64,000 nt of DNA from a virus (taxonomy: Duplodnaviria; Caudoviricetes), in IMG/VR virus record IMGVR_UViG_2767802109_000003, positions 1 to 64,000 of that record; one strand, written 5' to 3'. The notes beneath the pieces are model-generated. The model ran no database searches, had not been told where the DNA came from, and saw only the letters and a list, made by a program, of their open reading frames with translations. Numbering within the stretch: position 1 is the first letter of the stretch; each line of letters begins with the position of its first letter. A program made the position numbers and the translations under genes. Below are positions 53,977 through 64,000 of the stretch, piece by piece.

Positions 53977-54408
53977 ATGGCGACGCCGGTTGTCCTCCCC
54001 GACAGCAAGCAGATCGCCATCGACCTGCTGTCGGCCGCCCTCGACGGCGTGCACGTCACGGGGAAGCTGCCGGAGGGCGCAGCGCTCAACGCGGTTCTGC
54101 CCGCGGTGCGGATCCTGCGGATCGGCGGCGTAGCGGACCTGCGGGGCTGGGCCGATCCGGCGACACGGGACAACCCCCGCTTCTCCGTCGACTGCTACGG
54201 CGCAGACGAAGGCAAGGCCATGCAGCTCGCGCTGCGCGTCCTCGCCGTCTGGGAGGTGCTCACAAGCCGGTCCACCGCCAACGGCGAGGTGACCGGCATC
54301 AGCCAGGAGACCGGCCCGCAGGACCGGCCCGAAGACCTCAACTCCGACGCATTCCGCGTCGGGATGATCCTGGGGATGAGCGTGCGCCCACCCCGTGTGA
54401 CCAGCTAG
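53977..54408 (+). CDS. Tail terminator protein
   Basis: Position before major tail gene; FSVDCY motif. Confidence 0.7.
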   Translation: MATPVVLPDSKQIAIDLLSAALDGVHVTGKLPEGAALNAVLPAVRILRIGGVADLRGWADPATRDNPRFSVDCYGADEGKAMQLALRVLAVWEVLTSRSTANGEVTGISQETGPQDRPEDLNSDAFRVGMILGMSVRPPRVTS

Positions 54409-54418
54409 GAGGCCCATC

Positions 54419-55018
54419 GTGGGCGACGCAGCGAACATCATCGTCGGCACAGCCGGCAAGGCATACCGGGCCGAGGTCGGGGCGACGTTCCCGACCGGCC
54501 CGGAGGAGGCGTGGGGCAGCGACTTCACCGACCTCGGCTTCATCACCCCCGACGGGTTGGAGGAGGCGCTCGAGGAGGAGCGCACCCAGCTCGACGCGTG
54601 GGGCGAGGACGCCCCGGTCGTCGACCTCGCCAGGAAGCGCACCCAGACGTTCAAGTTGGTGTTCCGCGAGACGAACGCCTACAACCTCAGCCTGTACTAC
54701 CAGGTGCGGCTGGCGTCGATGACGTCGACTCCGGCGGTGACCACGCCCACGGCGAAGAAGCAGTTCGTCAGCTTTGGGTCCGGGTCGGTGAACGACACGG
54801 TAGAGATCGCCCTCGGCCTCGACGTGATCATGTCGGGGAAGCGGCACCGCATCATGATCGCCCGCTGTGGCGTGTCCGACCGCGAAGCCGTCAAGCACTC
54901 CTCAGAGGAGTCCTCGAACTTCGGCATGACGTTCACCGCCCTCGCCGCGCCGGGTGGTGCACAGAGCGTCCAGCACATGATCACCGACGTCACGCTGCCC
55001 GCCCCCGAAACGCCGTAA
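54419..55018 (+). CDS. Major tail protein
   Basis: DLGFITPDGL, QLDAWG, FKLVFRET motifs. Confidence 0.85.
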   Translation: MGDAANIIVGTAGKAYRAEVGATFPTGPEEAWGSDFTDLGFITPDGLEEALEEERTQLDAWGEDAPVVDLARKRTQTFKLVFRETNAYNLSLYYQVRLASMTSTPAVTTPTAKKQFVSFGSGSVNDTVEIALGLDVIMSGKRHRIMIARCGVSDREAVKHSSEESSNFGMTFTALAAPGGAQSVQHMITDVTLPAPETP

Positions 55019-55120
55019 CCCCCGACTGGTGGTCCGTCGCGCTCAATCCCTTGGGCGGGGGCGGCACGACGGACCACCTGCACGCCCCCGCCCCGCCCTC
55101 GCCCAGAAGGAACCCCAGCC

Positions 55121-55534
55121 ATGTCCAAGCCCAACCGCAAGGTCATCCGCCTCCAGCAGATGCGCGCCCAGCGCGCACAGGCCACCAAGACCCAGTTCGT
55201 CGACATCGTCTTCGAGAACGAGCACGGGCAGGAAGAGACGTGCACCCTGCCCACCCAGGACGACTGGCCCGTCGAAGTCATCGAGGCGGTGGAGAAGGAC
55301 GGCGGTGACGCCAACATCGGCCTGCTCCGACAGCTCGCCGTACCCCCGGACTCCTTCGACCGGCTGCTGAAGATCGGCCGGCTCACCGTCGGCGAACTCA
55401 AGGAGATCGTCGAAGACCTCTCCGACGAGGCCGGGACGACGGAGGGGGAAGGCAGTGGCTCCTCGACGTCCTCCGACAGCACGCCGGGAGCCTCCGCGCC
55501 GACATCCAGCGCTACTACCCAGGCCGCCGCCTAG
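55121..55534 (+). CDS. Tail assembly chaperone (G)
   Basis: Between MTP and tape measure; slippery G GGG GAA at 55444-55450. Confidence 0.8.
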   Translation: MSKPNRKVIRLQQMRAQRAQATKTQFVDIVFENEHGQEETCTLPTQDDWPVEVIEAVEKDGGDANIGLLRQLAVPPDSFDRLLKIGRLTVGELKEIVEDLSDEAGTTEGEGSGSSTSSDSTPGASAPTSSATTQAAA

Positions 55535-55947
55535 AGGAGTTCTGGCGCATGTCCACCGGAGACGGGTCGATGAACTGGGCCGAGCTACGCGACCTGGTCC
55601 AGGCACTCCCCGAGGACTCCGCCACCAAGGCCGCCCTCGCAGGCGACACAGAAGGCCGCCGCTGGGACAGCAGCACTTTCCTCCTCGCCGCCATCTACAA
55701 CGCCCATCTGATGAGCATCCGCATCCTCTGGTCCGCCCACCTGAAAGGGCGGCCACCCGCGATGGAGCCGATCCAGCCGCCCGCGCTGGAGGCGCACGAG
55801 GAAGCCGACGCGGCCAAGGAACAGGCGCAGCAGCGGGCCGAGCAGTACCTGGACGGCTTCTCCCCGGCACGGGCCCAGGAGACCGACCAGGCAGAAATCG
55901 ACGAATGGCAGGCCCGGCTCGCCGAGCTCGACGCAGCACACGGATAG
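55444..55947 (+). CDS. Tail assembly chaperone GT extension reached by -1 frameshift
   Basis: -1 frame is open from the slip site: RQWLLDVLRQHAGSLRADIQRYYPGRRL..WAELRDLVQALPEDS to TAG 55947. Confidence 0.8.
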   Translation, partial: GGRQWLLDVLRQHAGSLRADIQRYYPGRRLEEFWRMSTGDGSMNWAELRDLVQALPEDSATKAALAGDTEGRRWDSSTFLLAAIYNAHLMSIRILWSAHLKGRPPAMEPIQPPALEAHEEADAAKEQAQQRAEQYLDGFSPARAQETDQAEIDEWQARLAELDAAHG

Positions 55948-55962
55948 GGGAGGGAGGGCAGC

Positions 55963-58900
55963 ATGGCGGAGCCCAGTGTCGTCGGACGCACCCGGGTATC
56001 GCTGATACCGGACACGACGCGTTTCGGCGCGACCATGCTGGAGGAACTCCCGAAGGCGGCACGGCCGGGTGCCATCAAGGCCGGCGACGTCATCGCCGAC
56101 ACGATCACCCGCAAGGTGCGGAGTGCGGTCGCCAAGCTGAAGCCCGTCGTCAAGGTCGGCCTCGACCTTGACACGGCGGCGACGAAGACGGCGCTGGACA
56201 AGCTGACCGCCCCCCGCAAGATCAAGCTCGGTGTCGACCTCGACACCGGCACGGCGAAGACAAAACTCGACGAGCTCACGAAGGCCCGCACCGTCAAAGT
56301 CACGGCGCAGCTCTCGGACCAGCAGGCAACGGCGACTCTCGACAAGCTCACCAAACCCCGCACCGTGAAAATCACGGCGTCCGTGGACAGCACCGAAGCC
56401 GAGAAGAAGCTCGACACACTGGTCCGGCAGCGGACGGTCGACATCCTCCCGCAAATCCAGAGGGCCGCCTACGACCGGGCAGAACGGGACCTTGCCCGAC
56501 TCTGCCGGGACCGCTACGTCAACATTTACACGCGGGTCAACACCCGCGTCGGTGCACAAGATCTGCAGAACCTGACCCGCAATCGCACAGTGCGGATCGA
56601 CGCAGACGTCGACACGCGGGCCGCAGCGGCGAGCCTGGCGGCCCTGACCGCCCGGCGCAGCGTCACCGTCAACGCGAACGCCGACACCGCCGCCGCAGCA
56701 GCCCGCCTCGCCCTGCTCACACGGGACCGCAGCATCAACGTCCGGGTCCGTACCATCGGCCTCGGCGCACTCACCGCAGGACTCGGCGCCGCCGGAAGCA
56801 GCGGCAGAGCCTTCTCGTCTCTGGGCGCCCGAATCGCTGCGATCGGCGTAGCCGCCATCACGGCCCTGCCCACCATCGCCTCCCTCGGCTCCGCCCTCGC
56901 ACAGCTCGGGCCACTCGCAGCAACCGCAGCCCCAGCGCTCGGTCTCCTCATCGGCGGATTCGCCGCGATCAAGATCGGCACCAAGGGTGTCGGTGACGCC
57001 ATCAAGGCCGCCTTCCAGCCCGTCGCCGCAGAGGGCGCGAAGGCTGCGTCGGCAACCCGGCAAGTCGAGGACGCGCAACGCTCCCTCGCCCGCGCCCAAC
57101 GCGCCGTGTCGGACGCCCAACGGGCCGCAGCCGAACGCGTCCGCCAAGCCGAACTTCAAGTCGCCAACGCAGAACGCGACCTCGCATCGGCACAACGCGA
57201 CGCCCGACAGGCACAGCAGGATCTCACCGCAGCCCGCAGGCAAGCCGCCCGCGACCTGCAGGACATGAACCAGCGGCTCAAAGAAGGCCGCCTGTCCGAG
57301 GCAGAAGCCACCCTCGCCATCCAGCAGGCCGAGGAAGACCTGGCCCGAGTCCGCTCCGACCCGGCCGCAACCCAGTTGCAGATCCAGCAGGCTGACCTCA
57401 CCCGCGAGCGGGCGGTCGCGTCGCTGGAGGCGCAGCGCATCGAAATGCAGCGCCTCCAGCAGGACACCGCCGCCGCCAACAAAGCCGGCGTCGAGGGCTC
57501 GCAGGCTGTCGTCCAGGCCAAGCAGCAGATCGCCGCCGCGGACACGCGGGTAGCTGATGAGCAGCGCACCCTGGCCGAGGCGCAGCGCGATGTGACCCGC
57601 GCCCAGGTGGACGGCCAGCGGCAGGTCGCCGACGCGCAGGAAGCCGTAGCGGACGCGGTACGCCGCCTCGGCGAAGCGCAGGAGACCACGGCCGCGCAGA
57701 CCAGCAAACTGGACGAGGCCCTCGCCCGTCTGTCGCCGAACGCCCGCGCCTTCGTGGGAGCCCTGCAGACGATGGCACCCGCCTGGCGAGGCATGAAACT
57801 CGACGTACAGGACGCCCTGTTCGCCAACCTCGGTAGCCGCCTTCAGACGGTGGGCGGACAGATCCTGCCCACCGTGCGGGCAGGCCTCGTCGGCGCTGCC
57901 GGCGAGCTCAACACGAAGGCGCACAACGCACTCAGTGCTGTGTCCAATCTGCAGCGGGCGGGAACACTCGGTCAGGTCTTCGACGGGCTGCGGCAGAACC
58001 TGGGCACCGTCTCCCGTATCCCCGGCCAGCTTGTCACTGGCTTCGCGCAGCTGTCGGTGGCCGCCCAGCCCGCCTTCGACCGCATGGCGAGCGGCCTGGC
58101 CGGGGCCATGGACCGGGCCATGGCCAAGCTCGGCACCGCCTTCCAGGACGGCCGACTTGAGGAGGCCATCAACACGGCACTCGACGTGGCCGTCAAGTTC
58201 GGCGGCGTCCTCGCCGACCTGGGCGGCATCTTCGCCGGGATCTTCAAGGCCGCGGGCGCGGCGGGCGGCGACTTCTTCGGCGTCATCGGCGCAGCGCTGA
58301 AGGAGATCCGCCGGGTCATCGAGATGCCCGAGGTGCAGGCGGCCCTGACCCAGATCTTCAAGGCCCTCAACGCCGTCGCCGGACTGCTGGCCGGAGCGCT
58401 CGGCGCAGCCTTGCAGGCATTCCTGCCGGTGCTCGCCGCCATGTCCCCGGTCATCCAGCAGCTTGCGGAGAAGCTCGGCCCGGTCGTCGCCCAGATCTTT
58501 CAGCAGCTGGCCACAGCGCTGATGCCGGTCATCGAAGCACTGATGCCGATCATCGCCGATGTGGTCGGCGTCATCGCGGACCTGGCCGTGCAGCTGCTGC
58601 CGCTGCTGCAACCGATCGGCCTGCTGATCGCCGAGATCCTGAAGGCGGTCGCCCCGTTCATCACGATGATCGGCGGGCTGCTGACTACGCTGCTGCCTCC
58701 GCTGGTGCAGGCCATCACCCCCGTGATCATGGCGCTGCTGCCCGCAGTCGCCATGATCGGGCAACTGCTGGCCCAGCTCGCACCACTGTTTCCGCCGATC
58801 CTCCAGGCGCTCCTGCCGCTGCTGCCGCCGCTCACCCAACTGGCCCTGTCGCTCATCACCCTGGCCATGCAGGTCATCACCCCGCTGATGCCACTGATCA

Positions 58901-61776
58901 TCATGCTGGCCGGGCTGTTCACGAAGGTACTCGCCGGGGCGATCGGCTACCTCGTGCCGATCATGAACAAGGTGATCGGCGGCATCACCTGGTTCGTCGA
59001 CATCCTCACCAAGGGCGTCAAGAAAGTCTTCGAAGGCTTCCACTGGCTGTGGGACAAGCTGCTCGGCCACTCGATCATCCCCGACATCGTCAACGGCACC
59101 GTCGGCTGGTTCAAGAAGCTGTGGAACTGGCTGCGGGACCTCGTCACCACCATCAAGAACGGAGTCGTCGCAGGCTTCCGGGGCCTCAAGAACGGGGCCG
59201 TCGAGATCTGGGAGTCGTTCTGGGGCCGGGTGAGGTCCATCGCCTCCGGCGCCTGGAAACTCGTCCGCGACGGATGGGACACGTTCGCAGGCAGCCTGAC
59301 CGGCGCCTTCAAGGACGCCGTCAAGGGACTCGGAAAGGCCTGGCAGGGCCTGCAGAACCTGGTGAAAGCCCCCATCCGGTTCTGGATCGAAACCGTGTTC
59401 AACCGCGGCGTAGTCTCCGTCTGGAACAAGACCGCTGCCAAGATTCCCGGCGTCCCAGACCTGAAGCCAATGGCCCTCCCGAAGGGCTTCGCCCGCGGCG
59501 GCATCCTCCCCGGCTGGTCCACATTCCGCGACGGCGACGACCAACTCGTCCCCATGCGGCGCGGCGAAGGCGTGTACGTCTCCGAAGTCATGGCCGACCC
59601 CTACGAGCGGGCCCGCCTCCATGCCCTCAACGCCGCAGCCATCCGCGGCCAACACCCTGCCGTCGCCCGCGCACAGATGGGCTTCGCCGAGGGCGGCATC
59701 CTCGGCGGCATCAAGAACGTCGGCTCCAGCATCGTCTCCAGCGTCGGCAACGTCCTGGAAAAGGGAGCCGACGCAGCCCGCGGCACCCTCGCCGACCTCG
59801 CAGCAAAGGCGTTCAAGCCCGTCAAGTCCGGTATCACCAAGGCCCTGGGAAAGAACAAGAGCGGCTGGCCGGGCGCGATCGCCGGCGCCCCACTGAACCT
59901 GATCGACAAGGCGATCGACTACATCCGCGGCAAGGACATTCTCGAATCGACCGGCTCATGGATCAAGCCGGTGAACGCCCCCTACGGCACGAAGTTCGGG
60001 CAGCGCGGCTCGATGTGGTCGTCTGGCCGGCACACCGGCCTGGACTTCCCTGCCAAGACGGGCACCAAGGTCGTCGCCGTCGACAACGGCACCGTCCAGA
60101 AGGTGCAGTCGGGCGGCCCCTACGGCAAACACGTCACCGTCTCCCACGGCGGCGGCCTGCAGTCCCTGTACGCACACATGTCAGCGATGGCCGCCAAGGC
60201 CGGTGAGGGCATCAAGCGGGGCGCCCGGATCGGCTCCGTGGGCGCCACAGGCAACGTCACCGGCCCGCACCTTCACCTCGAGGCGCGTGTCAACGGCAAG
60301 TCCGTCGACCCGATGAAATACCTGACCGGTGGAGGCGAGGGCGGGTCCGGCGTGCAGCGCTGGACTGGTGTAGTCCGCCAGGCCCTCGGTGACCTCCGCC
60401 AGTCGGTGTCGCTGGTGTCGACGACGCTGCGCCGCATGAACCAGGAGTCCGGCGGCAACCCGAAGGCCGTCAACCGCTGGGACTCCAACTGGCAGGCCGG
60501 TCACCCGTCGGTCGGCCTGATGCAGGTCATCAAGGGCACGTTCGCCGCCTACGCGGGCAAGTACAAGCGGACCGGCCCGTTCATGTACGGCGTCTCGGTC
60601 GACCCGATGGCCAACATCTACTCCAGCATGCGGTACGCCCTGGCCCGTTACGGCTCTCTGTCGAAGGCGTACAACCGTCCTGGCGGCTACGCCCGCGGCG
60701 GTGTCGTGGGCATCCGGCGGGGCCTGCCCCGCGGCTACGCGTCCGGCGGCATCATCACGGTCGGCGGCAAGAAGATCGACACCGGCCCGACCGCGGCAGC
60801 TGTCGGCGGCGACTTCCTGAAGGCGCTGACGGGCACCGCTGCCGCCATCAACACTGCGATGACCAAGGTCGCGACCGCGATCAAGAACGCGTTCAAGGGC
60901 GTCAAGACGACCCTCGACGACAAGCTGCTCAAGCAGATCGCTTCGACAAACAAGAAGCTCCAGGCCCTCTCGAAGCAGCGCGACGACATCGCCGCGAAGA
61001 TCACGGCGGCGAAGGATCTGGCGAAGACCACCACCGAGGGCGCCAACAGCTTCGCCTCCGTGACCGGCCTGCCCAGCGCAGGCAACGTGTTCAACGCGTC
61101 GGGGATCCTCGCCGGGCTCAACGTCCGCCTGGGCCAGTTGAAGAAGTTCGGCGCCAACATCAAACTCCTGGGGGAGCGGGGCCTGAACAAGACCCTCCTT
61201 CAGCAGATCATCACTGCGGGTCCGGAGCAGGGGGCTGCATACGCGCAGGCCCTCGTCGACGCCACCCCGGCCGAACTCAAGGACATCAACACTGCCCAGT
61301 CGGCAATCTCCAAGGCCGCCACTGGCCTGGGCCAGAACGCTGCGGACGCCATGTACGACGCCGGGGTCGCCTCCGGGAAGGGCTACCTGACAGGCCTCAC
61401 GTCACAGCAGACCCTGATCGAACGACAGATGCAGATCATGGCCCAAGGTCTGCAGGCAAGCATCAAACGCGCCCTGAAGATCAAGTCGCCGTCGCAGGTG
61501 TTCGCCGCCATCGGCCGCTTCACCGGGCAGGGCTTCGCCCAAGGCGTGGCAGCGTCCGTACCCGACGCCGAGGCGGCCACCCTGCGCATGGCGAACGCAG
61601 TCCGAGCCACCGCCTCCGCCACCGCAGCCCGCGTACAGAACAACCAGACCATCCGCAACGGCGGCGACCGCATCCTCAACTACAACGCAGCCGTCCGAGA
61701 AGTCGCCTCACGCAAGAGCGTCAACGACGCCCTAGCCATGGACGAAATGCTGCACCGAACGCTGGTGGTGGGCTGA
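55963..61776 (+). CDS. Tape measure protein with C-terminal M23 peptidase and SLT-like transglycosylase domains
   Basis: 1937 aa; helical/amphipathic repeats; HTGLD..YAH..GPHLH (M23); QESGGNP..GLMQ (SLT). Confidence 0.92.
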   Translation: MAEPSVVGRTRVSLIPDTTRFGATMLEELPKAARPGAIKAGDVIADTITRKVRSAVAKLKPVVKVGLDLDTAATKTALDKLTAPRKIKLGVDLDTGTAKTKLDELTKARTVKVTAQLSDQQATATLDKLTKPRTVKITASVDSTEAEKKLDTLVRQRTVDILPQIQRAAYDRAERDLARLCRDRYVNIYTRVNTRVGAQDLQNLTRNRTVRIDADVDTRAAAASLAALTARRSVTVNANADTAAAAARLALLTRDRSINVRVRTIGLGALTAGLGAAGSSGRAFSSLGARIAAIGVAAITALPTIASLGSALAQLGPLAATAAPALGLLIGGFAAIKIGTKGVGDAIKAAFQPVAAEGAKAASATRQVEDAQRSLARAQRAVSDAQRAAAERVRQAELQVANAERDLASAQRDARQAQQDLTAARRQAARDLQDMNQRLKEGRLSEAEATLAIQQAEEDLARVRSDPAATQLQIQQADLTRERAVASLEAQRIEMQRLQQDTAAANKAGVEGSQAVVQAKQQIAAADTRVADEQRTLAEAQRDVTRAQVDGQRQVADAQEAVADAVRRLGEAQETTAAQTSKLDEALARLSPNARAFVGALQTMAPAWRGMKLDVQDALFANLGSRLQTVGGQILPTVRAGLVGAAGELNTKAHNALSAVSNLQRAGTLGQVFDGLRQNLGTVSRIPGQLVTGFAQLSVAAQPAFDRMASGLAGAMDRAMAKLGTAFQDGRLEEAINTALDVAVKFGGVLADLGGIFAGIFKAAGAAGGDFFGVIGAALKEIRRVIEMPEVQAALTQIFKALNAVAGLLAGALGAALQAFLPVLAAMSPVIQQLAEKLGPVVAQIFQQLATALMPVIEALMPIIADVVGVIADLAVQLLPLLQPIGLLIAEILKAVAPFITMIGGLLTTLLPPLVQAITPVIMALLPAVAMIGQLLAQLAPLFPPILQALLPLLPPLTQLALSLITLAMQVITPLMPLIIMLAGLFTKVLAGAIGYLVPIMNKVIGGITWFVDILTKGVKKVFEGFHWLWDKLLGHSIIPDIVNGTVGWFKKLWNWLRDLVTTIKNGVVAGFRGLKNGAVEIWESFWGRVRSIASGAWKLVRDGWDTFAGSLTGAFKDAVKGLGKAWQGLQNLVKAPIRFWIETVFNRGVVSVWNKTAAKIPGVPDLKPMALPKGFARGGILPGWSTFRDGDDQLVPMRRGEGVYVSEVMADPYERARLHALNAAAIRGQHPAVARAQMGFAEGGILGGIKNVGSSIVSSVGNVLEKGADAARGTLADLAAKAFKPVKSGITKALGKNKSGWPGAIAGAPLNLIDKAIDYIRGKDILESTGSWIKPVNAPYGTKFGQRGSMWSSGRHTGLDFPAKTGTKVVAVDNGTVQKVQSGGPYGKHVTVSHGGGLQSLYAHMSAMAAKAGEGIKRGARIGSVGATGNVTGPHLHLEARVNGKSVDPMKYLTGGGEGGSGVQRWTGVVRQALGDLRQSVSLVSTTLRRMNQESGGNPKAVNRWDSNWQAGHPSVGLMQVIKGTFAAYAGKYKRTGPFMYGVSVDPMANIYSSMRYALARYGSLSKAYNRPGGYARGGVVGIRRGLPRGYASGGIITVGGKKIDTGPTAAAVGGDFLKALTGTAAAINTAMTKVATAIKNAFKGVKTTLDDKLLKQIASTNKKLQALSKQRDDIAAKITAAKDLAKTTTEGANSFASVTGLPSAGNVFNASGILAGLNVRLGQLKKFGANIKLLGERGLNKTLLQQIITAGPEQGAAYAQALVDATPAELKDINTAQSAISKAATGLGQNAADAMYDAGVASGKGYLTGLTSQQTLIERQMQIMAQGLQASIKRALKIKSPSQVFAAIGRFTGQGFAQGVAASVPDAEAATLRMANAVRATASATAARVQNNQTIRNGGDRILNYNAAVREVASRKSVNDALAMDEMLHRTLVVG

Positions 61777-62717
61777 TGCCGATCCTCGTACCCTCCGTCA
61801 CCCTCCCACCCGAGGACCAGCAGGGCCCGCCCTGGCCCACGCTCATCAACCAGATGCCGCAGGTCAGCTTCACCGACCCGCGAGGCATCGTGACGGTCTT
61901 CTCCGACTGGGAGCGGGGCTGGCTGCTCCAGCCGGGCGCCAAGGGCCTGGACATGCCGGAGTACCAGGTCGCCACCGACGAGTCGCCGGGTATCGACGGC
62001 TACGAGGTCCGTGACGTGCGCGCCCAAGGCAAGACGATCACCTTGCCTATCGCGTTCTGGGCCCACGACTCCCGCCAGGCGTACAAGGCCCGCCGACGCG
62101 CCCTCATCAACAGCCTCAATCCGAAGCGGGGCGTCGGCACCCTGACATTGACCGAGCCTGACGGGGCGACCCGCAGCATCGGCGCCTACTACACCGGCGG
62201 CCTCGAAGGCGACGAGTCCCTGGACGCCGCGGGGGAACGCTGGTGCATCAACGCCCTCACCTTTGGCGCGCCCTCCCCGTACTGGACGGGAACCGAGGTG
62301 GCGCACCGGTTCGCGGCCGGCTCGGACGCCGAATTCTTCCCAGTCCTGCCTGTCGAGGTGGGAGATTCGCAGGTGCTGGGTGAGGTCATTGTCGACAACG
62401 TCGGCGACGACGTCGCCTACCCCGCGTGGACGATCAAGGGCCCGGCCACGGGCATCACCCTCACGAACCACACCACCGGCCAGGAGATCAACCTCACTCG
62501 CACGATCACCGGCACGGACACGGTCGTCATCGACACCCGCGAACGCCGCCAGACAGCCCTCCTCAACGGAGCGACGAACCTGTGGCCGGACCTGTCCGAC
62601 GACTCCGAACTGTGGCCGCTCCAGGAAGGCGGCAACGAACTGAACCTCGTCGTCGACGGATCAACGTCCGCGACCAGCGTCACCCTCACCTACCAGCCCC
62701 GCTACCTGGCGTCATAG
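61776..62717 (+). CDS. Distal tail protein (Dit)
   Basis: Follows TMP; VDNVGD..YPAWTIKGP; synteny. Confidence 0.78.
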   Translation: MPILVPSVTLPPEDQQGPPWPTLINQMPQVSFTDPRGIVTVFSDWERGWLLQPGAKGLDMPEYQVATDESPGIDGYEVRDVRAQGKTITLPIAFWAHDSRQAYKARRRALINSLNPKRGVGTLTLTEPDGATRSIGAYYTGGLEGDESLDAAGERWCINALTFGAPSPYWTGTEVAHRFAAGSDAEFFPVLPVEVGDSQVLGEVIVDNVGDDVAYPAWTIKGPATGITLTNHTTGQEINLTRTITGTDTVVIDTRERRQTALLNGATNLWPDLSDDSELWPLQEGGNELNLVVDGSTSATSVTLTYQPRYLAS

Positions 62718-62727
62718 GAGGCTGGCC

Positions 62728-63903
62728 ATGGAATCGCAAGCACTCCGGGTGTACGTCCGCAACTCGACGCTGCAGCGGATCGGGCAGGTCGCCGACTACA
62801 CCAACCTGACCGTCATCCCCCGCCACAACGCCGTCGGTGCGATCACCATGGAGATCTCCGCCGACTCGCCGAGCGCCCCACTGCTTGTCGAAGGCAACGG
62901 CCTGATCATCAAAACGCCGACCGGTCACACCGTGATGTCGGGGCCGATCCGAACCCCGGACTGGTCCCGATCCGAATCGGACGCGGGCGGCGGCAAGCTC
63001 ACCGTCGGCGCCGTGTCGGACGACGAGATCCTCGCCCGCTACGCCTGCTGGCCCTCACCGACCGCAGCTATCGGATCCCAGACCGCATCCGTCTACAAAA
63101 TCGACGTGCCAGCGGCGGAAACCGGCATGCGGAACCTCGTCAATTTGAACGCCGGGCCCGGCGCCCTCGCAAGCCGCCGCAACCCGCTGCTCACCCTCGC
63201 CACCAACGGCGTCCACGGGCCGGCCCTCGTGCGCGAGGTCAACCAGTTCGACAACCTCCTCGTGGTCTTGCAGGACATCGCCAACAGCGCCGGCCTCGGC
63301 TTCCGCGTCGTCCAGGTAGGCCCCAGCCTGCAGTTCCAGGTGTTCGAACCCGCCGACCTGTCCGGCACGGCCCGCTTCAGCTTCGGTCTCGGCAACCTCA
63401 CCGACGCCTCCTACAGCACCACCCCGCCTACCTGCACCCGCGCCATCGTCGTCGCAGGAGGCGGCACCTCACCGAGGGTTTGCAAGACCTACGACCGCGC
63501 CGACCCCCTCTTTCCCGGGCTGGTCATCGAGCAGTTCGTCGACCGGACCAGCGTCGACACCGCCTCCGTCGACCTGACCGCGCAGATGGACCAGGCCGGT
63601 GAGGAAGCCCTTGCGAACGGCGCGGGACAGGGCTCTCTGTCCATCAGCCCGATCGATCTGCCAATGCTGCGCTACGGCCGCGACTACAACGTCGGCGACA
63701 CCGTCTCCGCCCAACTCCGGGGCGGCGCCTGGTACACGGACACCGTCCGCGAGGTCACCCTGACCAGCTCCACCAGCGGCTCCACGGTGAAGGCCACCGT
63801 CGGCGGTGACAGCTCCGGCGACAGTGCCGTGGGCCGCATCTACAAGTACATCGCCCAGGTCAAGAAGAACGTGGCCAGGCTCCAGACCAGGAAGGCGGCC
63901 TGA
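62728..63903 (+). CDS. Minor tail/baseplate hub protein (ReqiPepy6 gp37-like)
   Basis: Follows Dit; RYGRDYNVGDTV motif. Confidence 0.78.
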   Translation: MESQALRVYVRNSTLQRIGQVADYTNLTVIPRHNAVGAITMEISADSPSAPLLVEGNGLIIKTPTGHTVMSGPIRTPDWSRSESDAGGGKLTVGAVSDDEILARYACWPSPTAAIGSQTASVYKIDVPAAETGMRNLVNLNAGPGALASRRNPLLTLATNGVHGPALVREVNQFDNLLVVLQDIANSAGLGFRVVQVGPSLQFQVFEPADLSGTARFSFGLGNLTDASYSTTPPTCTRAIVVAGGGTSPRVCKTYDRADPLFPGLVIEQFVDRTSVDTASVDLTAQMDQAGEEALANGAGQGSLSISPIDLPMLRYGRDYNVGDTVSAQLRGGAWYTDTVREVTLTSSTSGSTVKATVGGDSSGDSAVGRIYKYIAQVKKNVARLQTRKAA

Positions 63904-63905
63904 CG

Positions 63906-64000
63906 ATGGCTGAGTTCTCCGCGCCGTTCACCGGCTCCCCGATCACCACCCAACTGCAGTGGTCCCGCATGGTCCGCCGCGGCATCCTCGACGGCGTCCA
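63906..64000 (+). CDS. Next minor tail protein, truncated by window end
   Basis: ATG 63906; MAEFSAPFTGSPITTQLQWSRMVRRG.. Confidence 0.6.
   Translation, partial: MAEFSAPFTGSPITTQLQWSRMVRRGILDGV

Larger units (their letters stand above)
376..64000. mobile_element. Integrated temperate siphovirus prophage, incomplete in window (lysis genes and attR lie beyond 64000)
   Basis: Integrase, repressor switch, recombination/replication genes, terminase, portal, capsid, tail and tape-measure modules. Confidence 0.95.

Noticed and set aside
55585-59655. Very long minus-strand ORFs (this one and e.g. 49783-51771, 33587-35449, 46261-48162)
   Set aside because: Antisense shadows of real genes, typical of high-GC codon bias; no motifs or RBS
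1-64000. tRNA, rRNA or tmRNA genes
   Set aside because: No cloverleaf or conserved T-loop/D-loop signatures seen in intergenic regions

Overview
High-GC actinobacterial (very probably Streptomyces) chromosome window occupied almost entirely by one large temperate siphovirus prophage that runs off the right end. Left end: host small gene, then the displaced 3' end of uppP/bacA (the integration site), tyrosine integrase, XRE repressor/Cro switch and excisionase-like gene. 3.4-25.2 kb: early arm (beta-clamp-like protein, YqaJ/RecT recombination pair, two orphan DNA methyltransferases, HNH, replication initiator with 8-bp tandem repeats, MazG-like, LuxR-HTH, SLOG). 25.3-40 kb: a plasmid/AICE-like block without its own integrase, containing a palindrome-controlled two-gene HTH operon, a type I-E-like repeat-spacer-repeat mini-CRISPR with no cas genes in the window, a second Rep-like gene, a KorSA-like GntR/UTRA repressor and a divergent operon ending in a TraB/FtsK-type DNA translocase. 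40-45.3 kb: small accessory cassettes. 45.3-49.7 kb: MuF-terS-terL-portal on the minus strand, divergent from scaffold-capsid-tail genes (49.8-64 kb). All family assignments come from motif recognition by eye; no database searches were run, so DUF/Pfam names are provisional.
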